The notes under the pieces were generated by a model. That model was not told the DNA's origin and did no database searches. It saw nothing but the letters and a program-made list of their open reading frames with translations. Positions 53,705-64,000 of a stretch of DNA of 64,000 nt are shown one piece after another. Where the stretch lies: assembly GCA_951406725.2 (NCBI GenBank), contig OX597840.1, positions 23,064,001-23,128,000 of the forward strand, written 5' to 3'. A program made the translations under genes and the position numbers. The stretch's first letter is position 1. Each line of letters opens with the position of its first letter. This stretch comes from Octopus vulgaris. Its lineage: Eukaryota.

Positions 53705-54110
53705 GAATCCTTTCTTTTTGACAATGGCTGGGCATTGTCTTGTTGGAAGACTAATGCTTTTCTGTTGGTAATCTCCAGCCGCAGTTCTTTGATATATTTT
53801 GGTTCAAATTAGCCAGTTGATGACAGAACACATCAGAATTAATGGTCTGGTTTTATGGGAGAAGGTCATAACAAACAATGCCTTTATGATCCCACCAAAC
53901 ACAAAGCACAGGTGTGTTGCCATGGATATTCATCTTTGGTTGCTTGGGGGATATTTCTGCAAACTCCAGGATCAGTTTTGCACAACACTAAGCATGCAAT
54001 CCATTTTTCATCTCCAGTCACAAGTCGTTTCCAAAAAAGGGCATGCTTTCTTTCCATTTCAAAAGCATATCCCAAATGGAATACTGGTCCCAGCAATTCT
54101 TTTCTGAGAA
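53705..54110 (-). mobile_element. Mariner transposase relic (duplicate of 41345-41750)
   Basis: KRLVTGDEKWI, FQQDNAQP. Confidence 0.8.
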
Positions 54111-54578
54111 TTTCAAGCACCCATATATTAAAGCAAAGAGTAAGATAGAAAGAGGGACAGAGAGAAGCGTACGTGATATGTGATAGGGGGAACATAATAT
54201 TTATTACATGGTTAAAAAGGTTAGTTGAAGTTGATGATATAGAGAAGTTAGCAATATTATTTTACCAGAGTGGTGATGTTCTGATGCTGAGATTTAAGGC
54301 ACAGAGAGAGAGAGAGATGATGGTTGTGGTGGAGGAAATGGTGATGGACAGTGCATAGTTAAAAGTAATTTGCCCTTTAATTGAACAAAGTTTTTTATAT
54401 CGCGTATGAATTACCGTGTAAAAAGTACAAAATCACAATAATTTGATATTTCTCCCCACTTTTTTTACATGAACAAAATGACAGCTTCTAAATATTGTTT
54501 TCTAAATGGGTAAGAATGATCAAACTTTTGAACCGCAGTAACTTTTCACAAATTTTTTTTGTGTAGGAAGCAAATTAA

Positions 54579-55037
<459 letters not shown>

Positions 55038-56019
55038 TAACATCTCAAAAGGACAAGCTTGTATCTCATACACACATCCACAGAAAATAGAAACTATATT
55101 ACTGGGATATCTATAGTAAATCTTTCACTTGAAACAATCCATTAACGAATCAAAAGAACATTGACAGACAAGGGAAATCGTATCACTGTGATATCAGTGC
55201 TTAATCATTCTTTGAAAATGGTGAATTAATTATGCAGTCATATTAATATGAAAGATGTAATATTTTTCATATTACTATGACTGTGTATAATTAATTCACC
55301 CTCCTCTGTCAATGCTCTTGATATTTGTGTTGAATCAATCTATGAAAATGATCAATTATGAAAACATAAATGCATTCATACGGAAGAGGAACCATATCAC
55401 TACAATGATGACAATCATCATCATTTAACGTTCACTTTTCCATGCTTCTGTCCATCAGATGGAATTCATTGATGGAGATTTTCTCCAGCTGGATGCCTTT
55501 CCTGTCTCCAATCCTCATCTAATTTCAAGCAAGGAAATATTTTACAAAGAAGACAGGAAATGAACAACTGCATTTGTATAATGGTCTTTTACAAGCATCA
55601 CATAATATCTGGACAAGGGTACACACACACAAACACACTGCTTGTCGTTACGTTACTCAGCCTGTTGGTAATACTTTCACTTGATTAGAGGAAAAGAAAG
55701 AGAGGGAAGAGGATAAGGCGAATATTGAGGCAAATAGAGAAGTGTGAACAATGTGGTTTTCAGTGTATGCCATGTTGCGTTAAACTTTTACCCACATGAA
55801 ATTGTGACCCCTATATTTTACATAGAGAATAATGTATTTACTATACAATTTTTGTTTTTTAGATAAAAAATTGTGACCATGTAAATTTTATTCTATTTAT
55901 AGAAGTGAAAAATAAGAGTGAATATTTTATGATTGCTGTGTATAAACTATATAAATTTATATATAAAATACATTAAGTAATCAACGTTTCCCAAATTCTT
56001 TCACTTTTCAATGGATACC

Positions 56020-56665
56020 TTTTCATCTCCAGTCACAAGTCATTTAAAAAAAGGCAGGCTTTCATTCCATTTCAAAAACATATCACAAACAGAATACTGC
56101 TCCAAGCAATCCTTTTCTGAGAGTTTGTGAGGGACCCATTACATTATAGCAAGAAATGTATCCTAGCTTCACAAGGTGTTCATCAGCCATACTTTGAAGA
56201 ACTTTCAACTCCTCTGCAAATTCTCTAGTCTTGATATTGGAGTTTTCTTCGATTTTTGCCTTCAAAACATCCACATCCAATTTTGAAGATCTTCCACTGC
56301 GACTGTCGTCTTCCAAGCTAAACTCTCCAGTTTTAAATTTCGCAAACCAGCTTCGAACTGTTGATTCACCTGCAGCATCATCACAAACTTTACAAATGTT
56401 TTTGAAAATGTTTGCAGCATTTTCACATTTTTTTTTTTAAGAAAAGCATTATAACGTGAATATAAAATTTTTGGTTATCCATTTCAAATATCATTAAAGG
56501 CTAACCAGAATGAAAGATAAACGGAATTTTGGTGAGGAACAAAGACAAGATACACTACCACTTTGAGCAACGCCATAGTTTTAACTGTTACGCTTCTGGT
56601 GTATTCAATGAAGCGTTGTTAAATTTAGCTTAAAAAAAACACTCAGACCTTTCTGGACAACTTAA
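56020..56665 (-). mobile_element. Mariner element 5' half with TIR
   Basis: TA|TTAAGTTGTCCAGAAAGG terminus at 56665; HTH region WFAKFKTGEFSLEDDSRSGRSS; overlaps in sequence with the 54001-54107 relic. Confidence 0.85.
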
Positions 56666-56839
56666 TACGAGTGTTCATATGGCGTACGTAAAGAAGAATC
56701 CCGTAAATATTTCGTTTGTTTTCAGTTCACTTCATGTGGTGTCACGCACAAAAGGACAGCTTCCAAATCCCGTTTTCTGAATGGGTAAAACTGATCAAAC
56801 TTTAAACCTCTGTAATTAATATATATATATACATATATA

Positions 56840-57205
56840 GGAGTGGATGTCGTAAGTAGCTTGCTAACCAACCACATGGTTCCAGGTTCAGTCCCACTGT
56901 GTGGCATCTTGTGCAAGTGTCTTCTGCTATAGCCCCGGGCCAACCAATGCCTTGTGAGTGGATTTTGTAAATGGAAACTGAAAGAAGCCTGTCGTATATA
57001 TATATGTATGTGTCTAGTTGTCCCCCTAGCATTGCTTGACATCCGATGCTGGTGTGTTTAACGTCCCCGTCACTTAGCGTTTCGGCAAAAGTGACCGATA
57101 GAATAAGTACTGGGCTTACAAAGAATAAGTCCCGGGGTCGATTTGCTCGACTAAAGGCGGTGCTCCAGCATGGCCACAGTCAAATGACTGAAACAAGTAA
57201 AAGAG
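56840..57205 (+). mobile_element. Full-length tRNA-derived SINE (octopus CORE-type)
   Basis: B-box-like GGTTCAGTCCC, CORE-like GGCATCTTGTGCAAGTGTCTT, internal (TA)n, 3' end GGCGGTGCTCCAGCATGGCCACAG..GAAACAAGTAAAAGAG; flanked by (TA)n. Confidence 0.8.
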
Positions 57206-57884
57206 TATATATATATATATATGTGTATGTGTGAATTATCAAAAATTTCCACACTTGCAGTCAAACAGAAAAGGTTCGGCAGGATTGTTAATAATGACAA
57301 TAATAATAATTTATGAGACAGAATTATCAAAGAAACATCCTTCACAAAATACCAAATCTATAAAGTAGAGCCACAATTTTTTAAAGACTGGAAAAGACTG
57401 TCCCCATAAAATTCTAGGTAATCTGAATGTATGCCAAAAGAAATGCATTTCCATAAAATTTCAATGAAGAAAACCCAAATTTTTCTTAAAGGTACGAGGG
57501 AAACGCTCAGATCTTGTGAATTTATATACGTCTGTGTAAAAAAAATAATAATTAAGTTTAAGAAATTATATACGTTTGCGTAAAAAAAAAAATTATTTAA
57601 TTTGTTCAAAAAATATTAATTTTGATTAATTTTTCTGTAAAATAGTATTTTATGTTGATCGCAAAATAAAGTTTCAGACATTATAGTTTGTGATACGTTT
57701 GTGTAAAAAAAAATTATTTTCTAAGTTTAAAAGATTATTTTACTTTGTTCAAAAAATATTAATATTCAAGAATTATTTAATTTATATAATTAATTCGTTT
57801 ATTTTAATCTGTAAAATAGTATTTTATGTTGATCGCAAACAAACATGTATCGCGCATGTGCGATACAAGTGTATATTGCGCATG

Positions 57885-58246
57885 CGCCAATCAGCTCGTA
57901 GGATCGACTACCTACATCTGGCTAGCGTGGACGCGCGACTGCGCAAACCGGGTCCAGTCTACGCGACTAGTACCAAAAACTTATATACTTTGTTCAAAAA
58001 ATATTAACATAAATTAATTTTCAAGAATTATTTAATTGCGTTTTATTTAATTTGTGTAAAAAAATTTATTTATTTTGTTCATAAACAGGTAACGCGCACT
58101 GTAAAAAAATTATTTTATTTAGTTCGTAAAAAGGTAATGTGCATGTGCAAATGAACTCATTTGCATATACCCAAGTCGCAGTGTCAACCACGTACGACTA
58201 GCTTGCACGTCGCCGCGCAACAAGACCAGCATGTGCTAGTAGTACC
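57885..58246. mobile_element. Two orphan Merlin-type right-hand TIRs (ending 57974 and 58246)
   Basis: ..GGTCCAGTCTACGCGACTAGTACC and ..GTGCTAGTAGTACC with the same subterminal motifs as 26383-26898. Confidence 0.7.
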
Positions 58247-58871
58247 ATAATACTTTGCCTTGAGAATCGTTTACCTTGAAAGTGAAAAAACAAGACCAAC
58301 ATATACAACAGGTATGTAAAACTGTTGTATATGTAAAGCATTTTATAAAAAAAAAAACATTCTTGAATTTTAAACTAGACAGTATAATACTGCCTAACGC
58401 ATCTTATGAAATTCATAAAAGCAGTCTCTGTTTTATCACTGCCAACTAAACTTGAACAGATATGTTGAAAATAACACACCTGATTATTGATTGGAAAAAA
58501 AAAAAAAAAAAAAAGTTAAAAATTAGGAGGAAGCAGAAAGAGATTTAAAATTTTAAAAATGTGGATTTTTGCATATTCAGAATCTCCATCATAGAAAACT
58601 CAGTTCCGGGAGGCTGACTCCACTAGTTCCACCTAGTAACTTAAGGTGTATTGATCGCAGCAGGCATGGAACACTACTTATTAGTTCCTGAAATATTGGT
58701 AACTATCATTAACATACGAAATATAATCTGATAGCAGCAAATAGAATGGTTTTTCACTACTCACACTTCACTCAGAAATGCTTCTCGCTTTCTCACTCTT
58801 CCCCAAAACGCCAATCAAAATACTCATCATCAGAATTGCAAACAAAAAATGTGGTGCAGACAAATTCTGTC

Positions 58872-59221
58872 GGTACAACTAGCGAACAGCGGTCCCGATG
58901 CGCGCACACGCGCAGTCACGCTTAAAGCTGTGAAAGAGTCTATTGAAAAGAATTCATATCGGGAAAACTCTAAATTAAAACTACGGGACTTTATCCTCGT
59001 TACATATTTATGGTCCCACAACACACCTATTTATACATCGATTGAAATGGCACAAAGTACTTGTTATTCAATGGTACCACCAATACATCAGAGACATTTG
59101 CAGTAATCATCCTGTGAATAACCCATACCAAATTGGTGGGGTTGGGCACATCGTGGAAATAGATGAATCCATGATATGCAGGAGGAAACACAACAGAGGT
59201 AGGATGCCACAGGAGAGATGT
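58872..59221 (+). mobile_element. Merlin/IS1595 (ISXO2) transposon A: left TIR plus transposase fragment
   Basis: GGTACAACTAGCGAACAGCGGTCC TIR; QWYHQYIRDIC..IGGVGHIVEIDESMICRRKHNRGRMPQER. Confidence 0.85.
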
Positions 59222-59222
59222 G

Positions 59223-60674
59223 GGTACAAGTCGCGTAGACTGGACCCAATCCTACAGCGACTTGCGTATGCAAATGAGCTGATTGGCAGATTAGTAGCAG
59301 AAATGCTGTGTGATTTATATACTATTGTTCAAGACTTTGATGCGACGTATTCGTTCCTAAAGGAGAAGAAAGTTCTCAAACATCTCTAATAATATGGAAT
59401 TAGCCCCTAAAAGCTAACCAATCAGAACATTCAGTTCTAAAATCTAACCAATCAGAGCTAACTGAATTCTTACCACGTGGTCTTGTAGATTTTATTGTCC
59501 CTTTACAATTCCATATTATTGAACCTTTCATTTGAGAAGCAGATTCGTAGCAGAAATGTTGTGCGATTTGTATACTATCATTCAAGACTTTGATGCGACG
59601 TATTCGTTCCTAAAGGAGAAGAAAGTTCTCAATGTTTGTCCCCATTGAGTGCAATGCCAGAAAGAAATGAGTCTTATAAAATACAATGGTGAAAAAATAT
59701 TTCGCTGCCCAACGCACAAAGGTGAGAAAGTTTCTATTAGGAAGAAATCGTGCCTTGAAAAGTCCAAACCAAGGCTATGGGACTTTATCCTAATAACATA
59801 TTTATGGAGTCATAACACACCAGTTTCTACAACAATGAAACTGACTGGATTGGTTCAAAGCACCGTAATCCAATGGTACCAATACATCAAAGACATTTGC
59901 AGTCACCATCTTGTGAATAACCCATACAAAATTGGTGGGGTTGGGCATATCATGGAAATAGATGAATCCATGACGTGCAAGAGGAAGTACAACAGAAGTA
60001 GAATGCCACAGGAGAGATGGGTTTTCTAGTCTTCGTACCTGACCGGTCATCCAAAACTCTGCTACCAATCATAAAAAAATTCATAAGACCAGGCACTACA
60101 ATTCATTCGGATTGTTGGGTGCTTACAATGGGATTGCTGAAATGAATGTGACACCTAAATACATCCATCTCACAGTCAACCATTCCCAGAATTTCGTAGA
60201 TCCAGTGACACTTGTACACACAAATTCTGTGGAATGTTACTGGAAGAATGCAAAAAGATGATTTAAGACAATGATGTGGGGACACTCCAACATGGTGGGG
60301 TCGTACTTAGACGAATTTCTTTGGAAGGAGCAATATGGGAAGTGTGGAAAGGAATGTTTTGAAAACATTCTGAGGCACCTTTCCGAATGGTTCACATTCA
60401 AGTGAATCAAATGAACTGCAAGAACTGAAATATTCTACTTTTCATTTGCTGTTTGCTTTTTATTTACTTTAATTAATTTGTGTAAAAAAATTATATACAT
60501 TAAAAAAAAAAAATTTATTTACTTAAAAATTTATATACTTTGTTTCCAAACATGTATCGCGCGTGCGCGAATCTATTCATTAGCATATGCGCAAGTTGTA
60601 GGATCGATTACTTACGACCAGCTAGCGCGGATGCGGGACTGCGTGCACCAGGACCACTGTTCGCTAGTAGTACC
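59223..60674 (+). mobile_element. Merlin/IS1595 transposon B, decayed transposase with TIRs
   Basis: [65 protein letters not shown]; GGTAC start at 59223 and right TIR ..CACTGTTCGCTAGTAGTACC at 60674. Confidence 0.88.
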
Positions 60675-60849
60675 GAAATGCTTTATAAAATATATATATA
60701 TATATATATATAAAAAAAAAAAAAAATTTTTAAAAAAATGGCCCTCCAAGAATATATACAATCAAGATTTTAAAATCTTGCAATCCCCTCTATCAGTTTT
60801 TCGAAAAGATCGCAACCTTTGTACTTTCTGCACCACATAATTTCACAGA

Positions 60850-61610
60850 GACCAGAGTCAATCATAGAACTCTGCTTAACACAGGCCCAAGGGCCTTCCA
60901 TCCGTGGCGACTGACTTAGACTGAGCGCCATGCTTCGCCACTTTATGGAGAAATTGATAACCCTCGATCTCTGGAATATGAGAGTTAGATCTCCACAGAT
61001 CACTAACGACCGTGGTTCCGGGGAGAACCGAATGGCAGATGCATTCTTCGAGTGTGTCGCGATCCCGACATGTTACTGCATAGAGAAAAACTTGCTTGGC
61101 CTTGCGACACACTCCTTTATAGACCCACTGGTGGGGCGGCCGACCACCACGTCTACGTTTCCTCCTCGAGAAGACTGTCTCTTCTATCTCGACAATCTTC
61201 CCAGGACCACCTATCTGAACTAGGTTGAGGAGTAAGTCCTCTGCACAGACTTCTCTTACACAGCTGAACTGTGACTCACACCCAGCTCTTCATAACAATA
61301 ACGTATTGTGGTCAGCTTCTTGACCCAAGAATATAAGAAAAGGAGGATAGTTCGCAGAGGAAGCGTGGTGCCTTCCAGCCATGTACCTTTCCTAACAGAT
61401 ACAGACTGGTCACAGCCTTTCCGTGCGCAGCGCCAGCGAACCCTCCCCCCCGCCCACTTTCTGTTTCATGAAATGTTGAACTCTACAATTTTTTCTTCGG
61501 AGGTATTATACCCTTCTCCGTAAGGAAAGCTACCGCATCCACTTCGGTCCTAATCGTGTTGTACAAATCCATGAGGCCATACGATTTAGTTGCAGCCACA
61601 GCCATACTTC
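60850..61610 (-). mobile_element. Second, divergent Merlin/IS1595 transposase relic
   Basis: RWRCARKGC..SVRKGTWLEG, QIGGPGKIVEIEE, RDRDTLEECICHSVLPGTTVVSDLWRS. Confidence 0.85.
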
Positions 61611-62239
61611 CCCAATACAACTGTGGGGGAAAATGCAAATGTGCAAAAGAGGCGATCGAAAAAAAAAAAAACGTAGTATGTAACACAGACAGCAAACAGA
61701 AATAAAATATTAGCAGATTGGGGGGAATAATCACAAAATTAACACGGGAAAATGTACAAAAAGGGTGATCAAAAAGCAAGAAAAAATGAGGGAAAAAAAG
61801 CGTAAAAAAATTAAATAGAACAGTGTTGGAAATAATTACAGGTAGTGAGTAAAAATATCCACAGATAAGTTTAAAAAAATACAGTCAAGTTAAAGAACAC
61901 ACCAGAATAATTAATGTACACGTGGTCGTGTTGCCCCTAGATTACTATCGCAAACAATAGGATCCTTCATGCGACAACATGGAATAAATTCTAATGTACA
62001 CGTGGTTCTGTTGTTCTTTGGTTACTTTCACAAACAGTAGAAGGTATCTTCAGGTATTTGTCGATTTGGTTAGAATAATCCAAATGCGACAACTTGAAAT
62101 AAATTCTAAAATACGAAACGTTGTGAAAAATGTTGACAGTGTTCAGCGTGAGAAATTACACCAGTATATGAAGTTTCAAACGGTTCAGTTAAAAAATATA
62201 ATGAAAAAAATCTGTGAACCAAATTGAAGAGATTTAAAT

Positions 62240-62660
62240 TACCTCTTGCACATTTCATTCAGTGAAATAAAGCAATGTTTTTTTCTTTCTATCAGAGGAA
62301 ATATTTTACTGTAACTCAGCAATGTTTTACGTTTGTAGAATATCTTTGCAGAGTCTTTCAAACATGATACATATTGATGATTCTTTACAAGTAAAAAATA
62401 CTTTTTAGCCAATTTCATGTGATTTTCTGAAAGAATACGAAAATAATATTAAAAAAAAAAAAGTTTAAAAGGTAGATACTAAAAGGTACAAATTTACGGT
62501 ACCAATCAATAAGAGTAGTCACGGTGCGCGCAGATGCGCGTACCGGGACCACGCTTCTTAAATAGTACCCAAATTTACAATTGTTTTGATAAATTATAAA
62601 TGAATGAGATACAGTAATTATAATAGCAACTCCTGGACATTAAATCCTTAACAAAACTAT
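62240..62660 (-). repeat. Orphan copy of the ZNF upstream (acceptor/5'UTR) module with no finger array; partial copy at 63535-63603
   Basis: Matches 15900-16290 (GAGGAAATATTTTACTGTAACTCAGC, GTAGAATATCTTTGCAGAGTCTTTCAA, TGATTTTCTGAAAGAATA). Confidence 0.85.
62498..62569. mobile_element. 72-bp Merlin-type mini-MITE with 9-bp TSD
   Basis: CAAATTTAC|GGTAC...GTACC|CAAATTTAC; paralogous sites (e.g. 16162, 23190) have a single CAAATTTAC. Confidence 0.9.
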
Positions 62661-62699
62661 CACCTTCTCTCAAACAAATATACATATATATATATTTTA

Positions 62700-62745
62700 T
62701 CTAGTTTCAGCTCACGAGCTGTGGCCATGCTGGGGCACCGCCATT
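62700..62745 (-). mobile_element. SINE 3'-end fragment
   Basis: Reverse complement GGCGGTGCCCCAGCATGGCCACAG..GAAACTAGA matches the 57156-57200 tail. Confidence 0.65.
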
Positions 62746-62929
62746 AATGTGAAGCTTTCACGCCGAAGGTAAAGAATACGCACACCTGGTGTTTAGGGAC
62801 ACGCCGAAAACGGGTTGTGCGTTTTCTTTACCCTTGCAAATTGAAACACGATGGGGAGGGGTCAACGGAATCCAGAGATTTATTTAAGGAATGGATAACA
62901 GCTCTGATACGAAACAAAGATAATAATTA

Positions 62930-63074
62930 GGCGTAACTTCGGTATAGGTACCGGATATATTTCAAGAAAGGTTTTTTTTTTATATATGGGGGGTTTAGGG
63001 TTAGGAGAAAAGGGTTTCTGTTATCTTCAGAAATGTACACAAAGTCACGTGTGTACCTATACCGAAGGTTCGCC
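62930..63074. mobile_element. 145-bp MITE, GG..CC termini, 8-bp TSD
   Basis: AATAATTA|GGCGTAACTTCGGTATAGGTAC ... GTACCTATACCGAAGGTTCGCC|AATAATTA. Confidence 0.88.
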
Positions 63075-63607
63075 AATAATTACATTATTGTGTACCAAAA
63101 TGCATGCAAAAAAAGGGTTTAATACTTACTAATAATCAGACGCCCTTACTCGCCAAAAAGGGTTATGGTGCGTTTTCTTTACCCCTGCAAACTGTAACAC
63201 GACGGGGAATTAATGCCTTGTGCAAATGATGATTTGCCACGGTTAAATATTAGCCTCTTGCTACATGTGGCTAACGAACACTGCGACGGAGTAAAAATGA
63301 CATGTTAACTCGTCAAAGTCAAAGCAGCAACTAAAGTTGACCTCTTCGGTTTTGACGCCAGTCACGGCTGGGTGGAAGTTGCTATGTGTATCCTTCCGCC
63401 GCATGCTACAAGTGAGCGGAGTAACCTACCCTTGCGTGTTACTACGCTAGCACGAAATAGTTCGAACCAAAACTGCAAGGGAATATCTAAAAGAAAGAAG
63501 GCTGTGGTTATGTATTTTTGTCTTTGTTTAGTGAGATAATTTCTCTTGCACACTTCATTCAGTAAAATAAAAGTTTATTTTCTCTCAGAGGAAATATTTT
63601 ACTGGGC

Positions 63608-63705
63608 ATTAACATACAAAATAATTCTATAATTTTATACACACGCTTTCCGTACGTATACGGAAAGCGTGTGTATAAAATAATAGAATTATTTTGTATG
63701 TTAAT
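63608..63705. repeat. Near-perfect 98-bp palindrome (47-bp arms, 1 mismatch, 4-nt loop)
   Basis: ATTAACATACAAAATAATTCTATAATTTTATACACACGCTTTCCGTA-CGTA-TACGGAAAGCGTGTGTATAAAATAATAGAATTATTTTGTATGTTAAT. Confidence 0.95.
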
Positions 63706-64000
63706 TGTTTAAATTATTTTCCATTGCTTTAGTTTTTTTTTACACGCGGAACAATTAAGAAAAAAAAATTTAGGGTTAGGGTTAGTTACAGGATGTTGTC
63801 TCAGTTTTAGACGCAGCAAATGATTTTAGCTCAAAAGAGAGCATAGGATTGGTTAAAATTCGAAAAATTAAACTACGTTAAACAAACAAATTACAATTTT
63901 TTCAAGAAAGCCAAGTGAAAATAATGTTTTCTTAAGACACATTCTACCAGTATACGAAGTTATAAAGTGTTTAGTTAACAAGAAATTGTGTTGAAATCTG

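Noticed and set aside
63225-63300. ATGATGA as a C/D snoRNA C box
   Set aside because: No matching D box (CTGA) or terminal stem at a suitable distance.
63770-63790. TTAGGG repeats as a telomere or telomere-healing site
   Set aside because: Only 2-3 units, embedded in MITE bodies.

Overview
AT-rich eukaryotic DNA, most likely from an octopus. This is inferred from the [14 protein letters not shown] finger style and the SINE/RTE repertoire and was not verified by a search. The window is part of a C2H2 zinc-finger (ZNF) gene cluster. Positions 1-23.4 kb are a tandem array of ~7.0-7.4 kb units. Each unit has a minus-strand poly-finger ORF starting MSEE: three look intact (>=12, 14 and 12 fingers) and the fourth is frameshifted. 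Flanks are nearly identical while the 84-bp finger arrays differ in number, order and recognition helices. An inverted copy (27.3-31.4 kb) and further plus-strand paralogs follow: an intact 11-finger gene at 35730, disrupted copies at 27979 and 51045, and several fragments. The paralogs share a candidate non-coding first exon, splice donor and splice acceptor. Interspersed elements include an integrase-less Ty3/gypsy (Mag-like) element with a tRNA-Leu PBS, RTE-type LINEs, CR1 tails, tRNA-derived SINEs, mariner relics and a TTAA MITE. There is also a rich set of Merlin/IS1595-type transposase relics and GG..CC MITEs with 8-9 bp TSDs. Less obvious items are a type I hammerhead ribozyme motif (minus strand, 37745-37835), a 3-finger block shared between distant inverted paralogs, and a near-perfect 98-bp hairpin.
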